From: an uncultured Gammaproteobacteria bacterium
GTDB lineage: Bacteria; Patescibacteriota; Patescibacteriia; Patescibacteriales; UBA12465
Assembly: GCA_964509735.1 (NCBI GenBank)
Contig: CAZDYJ010000002.1
Location: 481 to 64,480, forward strand
DNA length: 64,000 nucleotides
Direction: 5' to 3'
Made by a program: the position numbers and the translations under genes. The notes beneath the pieces are model-generated. The model searched no databases and was not told where the DNA came from. It worked only from the letters and a program-made list of their open reading frames with translations. This document shows, piece by piece, positions 17,597 through 26,126 of this stretch. Numbering within the stretch: position 1 is the first letter of the stretch; the number at the start of each line of letters is the position of its first letter.

Positions 17597-20023
17597 TTAT
17601 TCAGTCAATAAAGAATTATTATTTTCACCTTCCTCAACAAAGCCTAGTCGCAGAGCCTCATTTTTCCATTTTTCAGCCTCTTTATAATTTCCAAGCTCTT
17701 CGTATAAATAAGAATAAAGAAGCGGCCAAGTATAATCATTTGGACTTAAACGAAAACCGTTTCCAATTTCAATTAAAGCTTTTTCATAATCGCCTTGTAT
17801 ATAGTACAAATCGGAAATGCTCTTAAAAATTAAAAAATCCATTGGATTATAAGAATAAGCTGTTCGGTAATAATGTTCTGCTTTTTCAAAATCACCTATC
17901 ATAATATAAGTTTCTGCTAAATAAATGTTTATATCATGGTAAAAACTTCTGGCAATTTTTCTGTGTCCTTCGTTCATATTTTCATCAGCCAAATTAGGAA
18001 GACCAGACAAAGCATTCATAAAAAAGTCTATCGCTTTGTCATATTCTTTTTTTGATGAATAGAATTTTCCCATCTCAATATTTATTTTTGGCCAGTTTTT
18101 AACTTTTTCCAAAATTTCTAGAAAATATTTTTCTGCCACTTCTTTATTTCCAAAAGCATTTTCTATTTTAGCTTTTAATAAAATATTATTAAAACCCTTC
18201 TCTCTTAAATCTTGATTAGCAATTAACAAATTTTCCGCAATAAAAAATTCACTAACTTTTTCCGACTTATAAGGATGTAGAGGGATCAAAGCTTCGCTAT
18301 AAATTCTTGCTTGATCTGATCGCCAAACTGGATTAAGCGGCAATTCTCTTGAATAATCTAAAAGCACCGCCATTTTTGCATAATCATAACTATGAAAAGA
18401 CGTCATTGCTTCTGCTAAATAAAAATCAGAAAAAATTGGCGTTAAAGCACGATAAATTAAAAAAACTGACAATAAAATTGAAAAAATGATTAAAAAAATT
18501 CTTAAGAAAAATTTATTTGCAAAACTTTTTATTTTCTCACTGCTATTTTTAAAAATGTTTATTTTTTCAGAAGAGTTACCATTAATTAATTCGTAAAAAT
18601 TAATAGCTGCAAGTATTGCTAAAAAAGAGAAAAAATAAAATTCTCCGGAGGGAATAGAAAAGCCAAAAAGCAAAGAAAATAGATAAGCTATAACACCTAA
18701 AGAAAGGGCTGTTTTCAAATCTCGAGCAAAAAAATACTGCTTTTTATTTTTACTTAAACTGAAAAAATAAAAATATAAACAGAAAAAAGCAATAAAAGCT
18801 ACAATACCACCAGACATTAAAATATCTAAAAATAAATTATGAACTCTATCCGGTGATTGATTTACGTCACTATGAGTACCCCAGTCAGCTTGATAATGAC
18901 TTAAATATTCATCTTTTAAATTCTCTTGTCCATAACCAAAAATTGGTTTTTGAGATATTGACTTAACAGCTGAGCCATAAAAATCAACTCTAGCACTTGA
19001 GCTCCCACTACTAAAATTTAAAGCCTGACTAATTCTTCCTGGTAGTATTTTTTCCATAATTAATAAAGAAGAAAAAGAAAGCATCACTAAAAAAATTGCT
19101 AATAATATTTTTTTCTTTTTATTAATCTGACTATTAAACAAAATTTTAAGCAAAAAAATAAAAGCAATAAAAATAAAAGCCAACCAAGCGGCTCGACTAG
19201 CGCTTAAAAGTATGCCCAATAAAATAATCAAACTAGCCAGGGAATAAAAAATTCTAAATAATCCTGGAGAAGATTTGAAAATTAAAATAATTGCTAAAGG
19301 AAGCGATAAGAGAAGCCAGGAGGCAAAGAAATTCGGCTGACCGAGAGTTGAAAAAGCTCTTCCGGTTAAAGATGCTGGCTCAGACCAATAATAAAAATCT
19401 ATTCCTAAAAACTGACAAACCCCATAAAGAGCTGATAAAAAAGCCGAGAAAACAATAGCAAAAATATAAATCCTTAAATGTTTATAAAAATTATTTTTAT
19501 TATTAAAAAATAAAGATTTATCCTCTTGATTTAAATTATCTGAAACATCTTTATTATTTTCCAAAATAAAATGAAAAAGATTAAAGCTGAATAATAAAAA
19601 CCACAAAAAATATAATAAATAACTTTGATAACCCTGTTGCCTATCTATAGTTCCAAAAAAAGACAAGGAAATATTATCAGAAAACAAAACACTTAAACCA
19701 AAAAGAAAAATAAAAATAAAAGGAAATAAATAATATTTTCTAAAAATTATTTTAAAATTTTTCCAAAAGATTGACGGTTTTAATATTTCCCTCCAGACAG
19801 TAAAAAAGGTAATTAAAATAATTAAAACTCTTAAAATACTTATTTTATGAAGGTCAAAAATATGAACAGTTAGAAAAAAGGAGGCAAAAGATAGGGGAAT
19901 TATAAATAAAGAAAAGGCTAACAAAAAAATAATCAGCTTGTTTAAGACAATCTGATAAGAAAAATTATTTATCAAAACAGCCCCCTCGGACTTCTTTTTT
20001 AAGGGTTTTAATATGTTTATCAT
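17597..20023 (-). CDS. O-antigen ligase/O-oligosaccharyltransferase-like membrane protein with C-terminal TPRs
   Basis: STLGQPNFFAS, SASRAAW, PIFGYG, DRVHNLFLD, many TMs, TPR-like tail. Start moved from 20062 to 20023 (upstream frame crosses a TGnTATAAT promoter). Confidence 0.87.
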   Translation of the reverse strand: MINILKPLKKKSEGAVLINNFSYQIVLNKLIIFLLAFSLFIIPLSFASFFLTVHIFDLHKISILRVLIILITFFTVWREILKPSIFWKNFKIIFRKYYLFPFIFIFLFGLSVLFSDNISLSFFGTIDRQQGYQSYLLYFLWFLLFSFNLFHFILENNKDVSDNLNQEDKSLFFNNKNNFYKHLRIYIFAIVFSAFLSALYGVCQFLGIDFYYWSEPASLTGRAFSTLGQPNFFASWLLLSLPLAIILIFKSSPGLFRIFYSLASLIILLGILLSASRAAWLAFIFIAFIFLLKILFNSQINKKKKILLAIFLVMLSFSSLLIMEKILPGRISQALNFSSGSSSARVDFYGSAVKSISQKPIFGYGQENLKDEYLSHYQADWGTHSDVNQSPDRVHNLFLDILMSGGIVAFIAFFCLYFYFFSLSKNKKQYFFARDLKTALSLGVIAYLFSLLFGFSIPSGEFYFFSFLAILAAINFYELINGNSSEKINIFKNSSEKIKSFANKFFLRIFLIIFSILLSVFLIYRALTPIFSDFYLAEAMTSFHSYDYAKMAVLLDYSRELPLNPVWRSDQARIYSEALIPLHPYKSEKVSEFFIAENLLIANQDLREKGFNNILLKAKIENAFGNKEVAEKYFLEILEKVKNWPKINIEMGKFYSSKKEYDKAIDFFMNALSGLPNLADENMNEGHRKIARSFYHDINIYLAETYIMIGDFEKAEHYYRTAYSYNPMDFLIFKSISDLYYIQGDYEKALIEIGNGFRLSPNDYTWPLLYSYLYEELGNYKEAEKWKNEALRLGFVEEGENNNSLLTE

Positions 20024-20127
20024 ATTTAAATTATAGCAAAATTTTGAAAGCAAATAAAGCAAATTACAAATGCCAAATTTCTTTCAATATTTAATAATGG
20101 AAACATTTAAGATTATTTACCTTTAAC

Positions 20128-20153
20128 AAAAAACCCTTTTTCAAGGGTTTTTT
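20128..20153 (-). terminator. Intrinsic terminator after secF
   Basis: aaaaaaccctt-tttc-aagggtttttt. Confidence 0.75.
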
Positions 20154-20178
20154 ATGAAGCGTAAAAAAATAAAAATTA

Positions 20179-21096
20179 CTATTCCTTTATTTGTCTTTTA
20201 GATCGAGAAATATTATCCCAGATAACTAAAGCTGAACTAGCTACAAAAATAGAGCTATAAGTTCCAATTGCTACACCAATAACTAAGGCCAAGGAAAAAT
20301 CTTTAATTGTTTCTCCGCCAAAGAAATAAATAGCTAAAAGGGCAAGTATTGTAGAAAAAGAAGTGCTTAAAGATCTGCCCAAAGTCTGATTTAAACTAGT
20401 ATTAACGGTATCCGCAAAAGTTTCTTTACTTTTTGGCAAATTATCCCTAACGCGATCGAACACAACGATTGTATCATTTATACTATAACCGAGAATTGTT
20501 AAAATTGCGGCAATAAAAGGGGTGTTTACCTCAACTCCATAAAAATAACCTAAAGCAGAAAAAACACCTAAAGTAATTAAAACATCGTGAACTAAAGCAA
20601 TAATCGAAGAAACGCCATATTTCCAAGAAGCAACCGGCAAGGAAACTTTTCTAAAAGAAAAGGATATAAAAATAATAATAACTACTAAAGCAATTAGAGA
20701 AGCATTAAAAGATTTACTTTTTAACTCTTTTCCAATTGAAGGCCCAACGGCGTCAAACTGAAGCTCTTTTAAAGAAGCTTCGTCATTATCAGACACCATT
20801 TCTCTTAAACCAGCTAAAACCGCTTCATGTGCCTCTTCGGAATTTTCTTTAAAACGTAGAATAAATGAATCTTCTGTTGGCTGAATGATTAAGTTATTAA
20901 GCTGGGCATCTTTTAAGCTTTCTTGAATTTCGATAATACTAGGATTATAGTTTTCAAACTGAACTTCTAATAAACTGCCACCTTTAAAATCGATACCGAA
21001 ATTTAAACCCCAAAAAGAAAGGGCAAAAATTGAAGCAGCAACTAATAAAGCGGAAAAGCTTAAATAAATTTTTCTATTTTTTATAATTTTTAGCAT
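20179..21096 (-). CDS. secF: Protein translocase subunit SecF
   Basis: LNFGIDFKGG, VGPSIGKEL, LVHDV, GYSINDTIVVFDRVR, GTYSSIFVA. Confidence 0.97.
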   Translation of the reverse strand: MLKIIKNRKIYLSFSALLVAASIFALSFWGLNFGIDFKGGSLLEVQFENYNPSIIEIQESLKDAQLNNLIIQPTEDSFILRFKENSEEAHEAVLAGLREMVSDNDEASLKELQFDAVGPSIGKELKSKSFNASLIALVVIIIFISFSFRKVSLPVASWKYGVSSIIALVHDVLITLGVFSALGYFYGVEVNTPFIAAILTILGYSINDTIVVFDRVRDNLPKSKETFADTVNTSLNQTLGRSLSTSFSTILALLAIYFFGGETIKDFSLALVIGVAIGTYSSIFVASSALVIWDNISRSKRQIKE

Positions 21097-21130
21097 ATGA
21101 TTGCTTGTGATTCTCGAATTAATAACTAAA

Positions 21131-22855
21131 TTATTCTTTTGATTTCTTATTAGCTACACCTAATAACCATTTATTATTATCTAAATAATTTCCCGAAGTT
21201 AGAGTCATTAAAACCCTTGTTATAACGATAGAACTAAATAAGGAAACGATTATACCGATAAATAAAGTTGTTCCAAAACCTTGAATAGTTGAGGTTCCAA
21301 AAAACATCAAAATTAAACAAGTTAAAATAGTAGAAAAATTTCCATCTCTAATTGATGGCCAGGCTTTTCTAAAACCATCATCAATTGACTGCTTAACGGT
21401 TTTTCCTTCTTTTAATTCTTCCTTAACACGAGAGAAAATTAAAATATTAGCATCAACGGCCATTCCTAAAGACAAAATAAATCCAGCAATACCTGCGACT
21501 GTTAGGGTTAAAGGTTGTAGAGCATAGAAAAATAATATTAAACCAGCTACTCCAAATAAAACCGCTAAAGAGGCGTTAAAAATCTTTAACTCGTTAAAGA
21601 TATAAAATATCAAAGCAATTATTAAGACAATTAAAATAAGGGCTAGCCAAACAGGCAGAGCTTTAAAAATAGCTAAAACAGTCAAACCATAAACGGCTAA
21701 AGAAAAGATTGATAATAAGCCTGGCAATCTATAAACTATTATAAGAAAAATGGAGATAAGAATTAAACCAATTAAGCCAGCTGATAAACTTTTTTGAATT
21801 GACTCTGTGCCTAAACTAGCCTCAACTGTTTTTTGAGCTATAAGAGAAATAGGCACCGGTAAAGCTCCAGAATTTAAACGTTTTACTAAAGTTTTTACTT
21901 CATCCAAACTAAAGCTTCCAGAAATAGAGGCCTGTCCACCAGTAATTTTTTCATTTACATTAGGAATGCTAATTGGATAACCATCTAAAAATATAGCCAA
22001 AGGACGTCCAATATTTCTAGCTGTTATTTCTTCAAACATTTTTGCCCCCTCATCATTAAATTCCAAAGAAACCTCAGGAGAGCCGTCATTAGGATTAAAT
22101 TGAACAGATGAACGTTTTAAATATTTACCAGTTAAACCAGTGCTAATCCATGAGTTCAGAAATTCTTCTTCGCTTAAAGAATCGTCTGTTATCATGTCAG
22201 AAGGAATTTCAAAATTACTCAAATCAATTTCTGCCTGACCTTCTTCTAAAACTATTTCATTTATATTTTCTTCAGAACTGGTTGTGGAGCTAGTTGTGGA
22301 GCTAGCTTGAGATTCAATTTGACGAGCTAATTCAGTTTCTATCTGCTTTTTAAAAGCTTCTTCGTCAAAAGAAGTGTTGGCATTAGGATTTTGTTCTTTA
22401 AATTCCAAAATAGGAGTTTCACCTATCATATCGATTGCCTCCTGAACATCTTTTACTCCAGCTAGTTCGGCGATTACTCTATATTCTCCGGATGCTGTTT
22501 TATTAGCTTGCACAAGCGGCTCGCTAACGCCAAACATATTAACTCGACGTTCAACAACGTCACGAACGGATTCTAAAGCATTACTTCTGTCAGCTTCGTC
22601 GATACCGCTCATATCAGCTTCATAAACTAAGTGAGCTCCACCTTGCAAATCAAGACCTAGAGTAAAATCTAAAGCCTTAGTTGTTGGCAATATAATAATA
22701 TCATTTGTTTTTGTCGCCAAAAAACGAGAAAAATTATTATAAGACTCACCGGCTACAACAATTCCGACAGTTAAAAACAAAAAGATAACGGCCGAAAAAA
22801 CCCACCAATTACGGCCTCTGGCCGACAATTTCGAAAACTTTTGATTCAAAGACAT
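21131..22855 (-). CDS. secD: Protein translocase subunit SecD
   Basis: LGLDLQGG, RRVNMFGVSEP, SGALPVP, GMAVDANILI, IQGFG. Confidence 0.97.
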   Translation of the reverse strand: MSLNQKFSKLSARGRNWWVFSAVIFLFLTVGIVVAGESYNNFSRFLATKTNDIIILPTTKALDFTLGLDLQGGAHLVYEADMSGIDEADRSNALESVRDVVERRVNMFGVSEPLVQANKTASGEYRVIAELAGVKDVQEAIDMIGETPILEFKEQNPNANTSFDEEAFKKQIETELARQIESQASSTTSSTTSSEENINEIVLEEGQAEIDLSNFEIPSDMITDDSLSEEEFLNSWISTGLTGKYLKRSSVQFNPNDGSPEVSLEFNDEGAKMFEEITARNIGRPLAIFLDGYPISIPNVNEKITGGQASISGSFSLDEVKTLVKRLNSGALPVPISLIAQKTVEASLGTESIQKSLSAGLIGLILISIFLIIVYRLPGLLSIFSLAVYGLTVLAIFKALPVWLALILIVLIIALIFYIFNELKIFNASLAVLFGVAGLILFFYALQPLTLTVAGIAGFILSLGMAVDANILIFSRVKEELKEGKTVKQSIDDGFRKAWPSIRDGNFSTILTCLILMFFGTSTIQGFGTTLFIGIIVSLFSSIVITRVLMTLTSGNYLDNNKWLLGVANKKSKE

Positions 22856-23034
22856 ATAAATTTTTATTCTTTATTTTCAAGCTTTAACTATCTTAGAATA
22901 AATAGACTTAAAAATCAAGTCTTAATAAAAATTCTCAAAATAATTAAAACTATTTTTTAATTTATTCAAACTTTACAAAAACTAATATTTGTTTTATATT
23001 TAAAGCAAATAATAAATTTAAATCAACAAAATAT

Positions 23035-23613
23035 ATGCCTTTAATACCAACGGTTATAGAAAAAGATGGTCAATCGGAAAGAGCTTATGATATTTATTCT
23101 CGTCTTTTAAAAGATAGAATAATTTTCTTAGGTGAAGCTATAAACGATCATGTTGCCAATATAATTATTGCTCAACTTCTCTTTTTAGATGCTGAAAACA
23201 AAGATCAAGATATTAAATTCTATATAAATTCCCCTGGCGGCTCTGTTAGCGCTGGACTGGCAATATATGACACTATGCGTTATATAAAATCTAATGTTTC
23301 AACTATTTGTGTCGGCATGGCTGCCTCAATGGCTTCAGTTTTATTAGCCGCTGGTGAACCAGGAAAAAGATTTATATTACCAAATAGCGAAGTAATGATT
23401 CATCAGGTTATGGGCGGAGCAGAGGGGCAAGCCTCAGATATTAAAATTCATGCTGAGCATATTTTAAAAACCAAAGAAAAATTAAACAAAATACTAGCTC
23501 TTCATACCGGGAAAAAAGTTGCTGAAGTTGAAAAAGACAGTGATAGAGATAATTACATGGACGCAGAAAAAGCTAAAGCTTATGGACTAGTTGATAAAGT
23601 AATAGGCAAATAA
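23035..23613 (+). CDS. clpP: ATP-dependent Clp protease proteolytic subunit
   Basis: [38 protein letters not shown]. Confidence 0.98.
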   Translation: MPLIPTVIEKDGQSERAYDIYSRLLKDRIIFLGEAINDHVANIIIAQLLFLDAENKDQDIKFYINSPGGSVSAGLAIYDTMRYIKSNVSTICVGMAASMASVLLAAGEPGKRFILPNSEVMIHQVMGGAEGQASDIKIHAEHILKTKEKLNKILALHTGKKVAEVEKDSDRDNYMDAEKAKAYGLVDKVIGK

Positions 23614-23638
23614 TTTAGTCACAGGACCTCACATAACA

Positions 23639-23671
23639 AAAAAAACATCGCTATTTAAACGATGTTTTTTT
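23639..23671. terminator. Bidirectional terminator between clpP and the convergent gene
   Basis: aaaaaaacatcg-N9-cgatgttttttt. Confidence 0.7.
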
Positions 23672-23688
23672 ATTTTTCCCTAGTGTTT

Positions 23689-24696
23689 TTATTTTTTAAA
23701 AGTAAAAGAATTTAACATTAAATTGAATATATTTTTATAAGCAAGTCTTTCGGAATTAATTGGTATATAAGATAGAGCATAAATATTTTCCCGACTTTCT
23801 TCTGTAATATAGAAATTTAAACCATCGGCACTTTTTATCGCCTCAAAATCACTTTTTACAATCAAACGATCAAGGCTGACGCTCTCATCTTTAAACATGT
23901 TTTCGTACCAAGAAACGATTCCTGATTTATTGTCATTTTTCATAACCGAAACCTGAAAATAAGATGAATCTGCCGCTTCTAAAACAAAGGTATTATCATT
24001 TAACTGATTAGTTAACCAGGCCACAGGATATAAAAAATTGAAAGAATAGGCCTGATTACGATAAAAAACAAGATTTGAATTGTCTTCTATTCTACCGACT
24101 CCGGCTGGATTATAAGAATTTAAAATTTCCTGCAAATCATTATACCCATCCCCATCGCTATCTTGATTATCTTTGGATGTGCCAAGAATAATCTCCTCTT
24201 CGTCGTATAAACCGTCTCCATCACTATCTAAAAGAGGTGCGTCGTCTACCTCGTCTACCTCGGGCCCACTTACCTCAACTGCTTCAATTAAAACAGTGTC
24301 ATTGTTGTCATTTAAATCAAGAACTGGAGCAGGTTCGGTAGATGAGGCTTGTAATTCCGCTTCCGATTTTTTTATTTCATTTTCAGGTTTTATTTCAATC
24401 TTATTTTTATTGGCTACTGGAGAAATAGTGTATATATAAGCAAAATAAACAATAGCCGCTATAACAATAAAACCAAAGAACATAATTAAAACTCCCACTA
24501 TTTTAAATTTCTTTTTTTCCGCAACATGGCTCTGCAAGCTAACTTTTCCAGCTGCTAAAGGATTAGAAACTGTGCCTAATATTTTTTCTTGATTAGGCAT
24601 ATTATGAACTATCAAATCACGTTCAATTTGATCAGAAATATCTTTCTCATTTATTTTTTCCTCTTTTTCTGTTTTTTTGTTCTTGGAAGAAAACAT
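23689..24696 (-). CDS. Single-pass membrane protein with two DxDxDG (bacterial thrombospondin type 3-like) Ca-binding repeats and a PsbP-like C-terminal domain
   Basis: TM helix; DSDGDGLYDEEE, DSDGDGYNDLQE; YRNQAYSFNFLYPVAW...FNLMLNSFTF. Confidence 0.8.
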   Translation of the reverse strand: MFSSKNKKTEKEEKINEKDISDQIERDLIVHNMPNQEKILGTVSNPLAAGKVSLQSHVAEKKKFKIVGVLIMFFGFIVIAAIVYFAYIYTISPVANKNKIEIKPENEIKKSEAELQASSTEPAPVLDLNDNNDTVLIEAVEVSGPEVDEVDDAPLLDSDGDGLYDEEEIILGTSKDNQDSDGDGYNDLQEILNSYNPAGVGRIEDNSNLVFYRNQAYSFNFLYPVAWLTNQLNDNTFVLEAADSSYFQVSVMKNDNKSGIVSWYENMFKDESVSLDRLIVKSDFEAIKSADGLNFYITEESRENIYALSYIPINSERLAYKNIFNLMLNSFTFKK

Positions 24697-24705
24697 ATTT
24701 TTACT

Positions 24706-24897
24706 TTAAATAAAAAATAAAACGGCTATAATAATTAAAACAAAAATTAAAAATCCTAAAACCAGCCATTTTTGAAAATGGCCGGTTTCTGTTTTTGGCA
24801 TAGTATGTAAATCTAAAGACAGTTTTGCCGTTTCTTTTTTTTCAAAAAGATTTATACGGTGACGTGAGCTCTCTTTTTGTCCATCCTTTTCAGTCAT
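24706..24897 (-). CDS. Small membrane protein (63 aa)
   Basis: Tight operon spacing, C-terminal TM helix, HTMP motif shared with the neighbouring gene (HNMP). Confidence 0.7.
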   Translation of the reverse strand: MTEKDGQKESSRHRINLFEKKETAKLSLDLHTMPKTETGHFQKWLVLGFLIFVLIIIAVLFFI

Positions 24898-24919
24898 ATT
24901 TTATATTGTCTAAAAAATT

Positions 24920-25675
24920 TTAGATTTCTAAACGACCTTCGCCGACAGGATTATAACCGTTTTTAACTTCCTCCCCGTCACTATATCCATCGCCGTCGGT
25001 ATCAGTAATAAGAGGATCGCTTTTATAAATCATCACTTCTTCATAATCACTTAAGCCGTCTCCATCAGTGTCTACTTTTAAAGGATCGGTTTTATAAGTC
25101 ATTATTTCTTCATAGTCTGTTAAGCCGTCTCCGTCTGAGTCTGAATTATAAGGATCTGTGCCGTATCTATAAATTTCATCATAATCCGATAAACCATCTT
25201 TATCTGAGTCTAATTGACTTAAGTCAACGCTTGGCACCTCCTCTTTTTCTTCTTCCTTTTCCTCTACCGTTGGCGTAACAAAAGAATCATCTTTTTCCTC
25301 AACAACAGGCACGTTTTGATTGTTTTCTGGAATTTGATTAATTATAGGTTCATTATTTTCTGGTTTTGGAGCAAGAAATTTACTATAAGCTAAATAAGCA
25401 CCTAAAATCAAAATAGCACCAACGACAGCAAAAATAGCAATTTTTAACCATTTTCCGCCACCTCTGCCTTCTTCCGGTTCTTCGTAAATAACTTTTTGTC
25501 CTGCTTGCAGAGAATTTGTTTCTAAACTTGAATTAGAAGGGTTAGAAGTTAAGCCAACTCTTCTTGTTTCAATTTGTGAAGATTGTTGTCCTCCAGTCGC
25601 ATTATCAGTGTCGGCAAAAATATCGTCGACTTTAGCGTTTTGAGGATTTTGTGCTCCAGTTAAATCATTAAACAT
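24920..25675 (-). CDS. Single-pass membrane protein with four DxDxDG Ca-binding repeats
   Basis: 23-aa period repeats D[ST]DxDGLxDYxE...DP; TM helix; acidic linker. Confidence 0.85.
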   Translation of the reverse strand: MFNDLTGAQNPQNAKVDDIFADTDNATGGQQSSQIETRRVGLTSNPSNSSLETNSLQAGQKVIYEEPEEGRGGGKWLKIAIFAVVGAILILGAYLAYSKFLAPKPENNEPIINQIPENNQNVPVVEEKDDSFVTPTVEEKEEEKEEVPSVDLSQLDSDKDGLSDYDEIYRYGTDPYNSDSDGDGLTDYEEIMTYKTDPLKVDTDGDGLSDYEEVMIYKSDPLITDTDGDGYSDGEEVKNGYNPVGEGRLEI

Positions 25676-25766
25676 ATTTTTATTTTCTTTTAAACTTAAG
25701 AAAAAATCTCAAGCCTTGTTAACTTATCTATATTATAAATCATTTGAAGTATTTTTCCAAATGTAT

Positions 25767-26057
25767 TTATTTTCTTGCTTCCATTAAATTCTCAGCTACT
25801 GGATCCAAAACTATTTCCGAATCGTTGTTTATTATTTTATAAATCAAATTACCATCTGAATCGCGAAAAGCTTGAGCTTTAATTTCTTGATCTAAACCAA
25901 GCTCATTTTTTTGTTCAGCGCTTAAAAACTCCACCTTAAAATCATTTTTTTCTTGAGTCTCGATGTCTTTATTGCGATTAAAGAATAACAAAAAAACCAA
26001 TAAAGCAATTAATAAAGCGACCAAGCTGCCGAGAATGATTATTTTTTTTCTATCCAT
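25767..26057 (-). CDS. Hypothetical membrane-anchored protein
   Basis: N-terminal TM helix; co-oriented with the surface protein locus. Confidence 0.7.
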   Translation of the reverse strand: MDRKKIIILGSLVALLIALLVFLLFFNRNKDIETQEKNDFKVEFLSAEQKNELGLDQEIKAQAFRDSDGNLIYKIINNDSEIVLDPVAENLMEARK

Positions 26058-26126
26058 ATACTTGTTTTAAATTTATTATCTTTAACAAAAAAATGATAAT
26101 TTTTTATAAATAAATATTTAACAAAA

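Noticed and set aside
24940-25210. 69-bp DNA repeats as a mobile or diversity-generating repeat
   Set aside because: Fully explained by in-frame DxDxDG protein repeats; no reverse transcriptase in the window.
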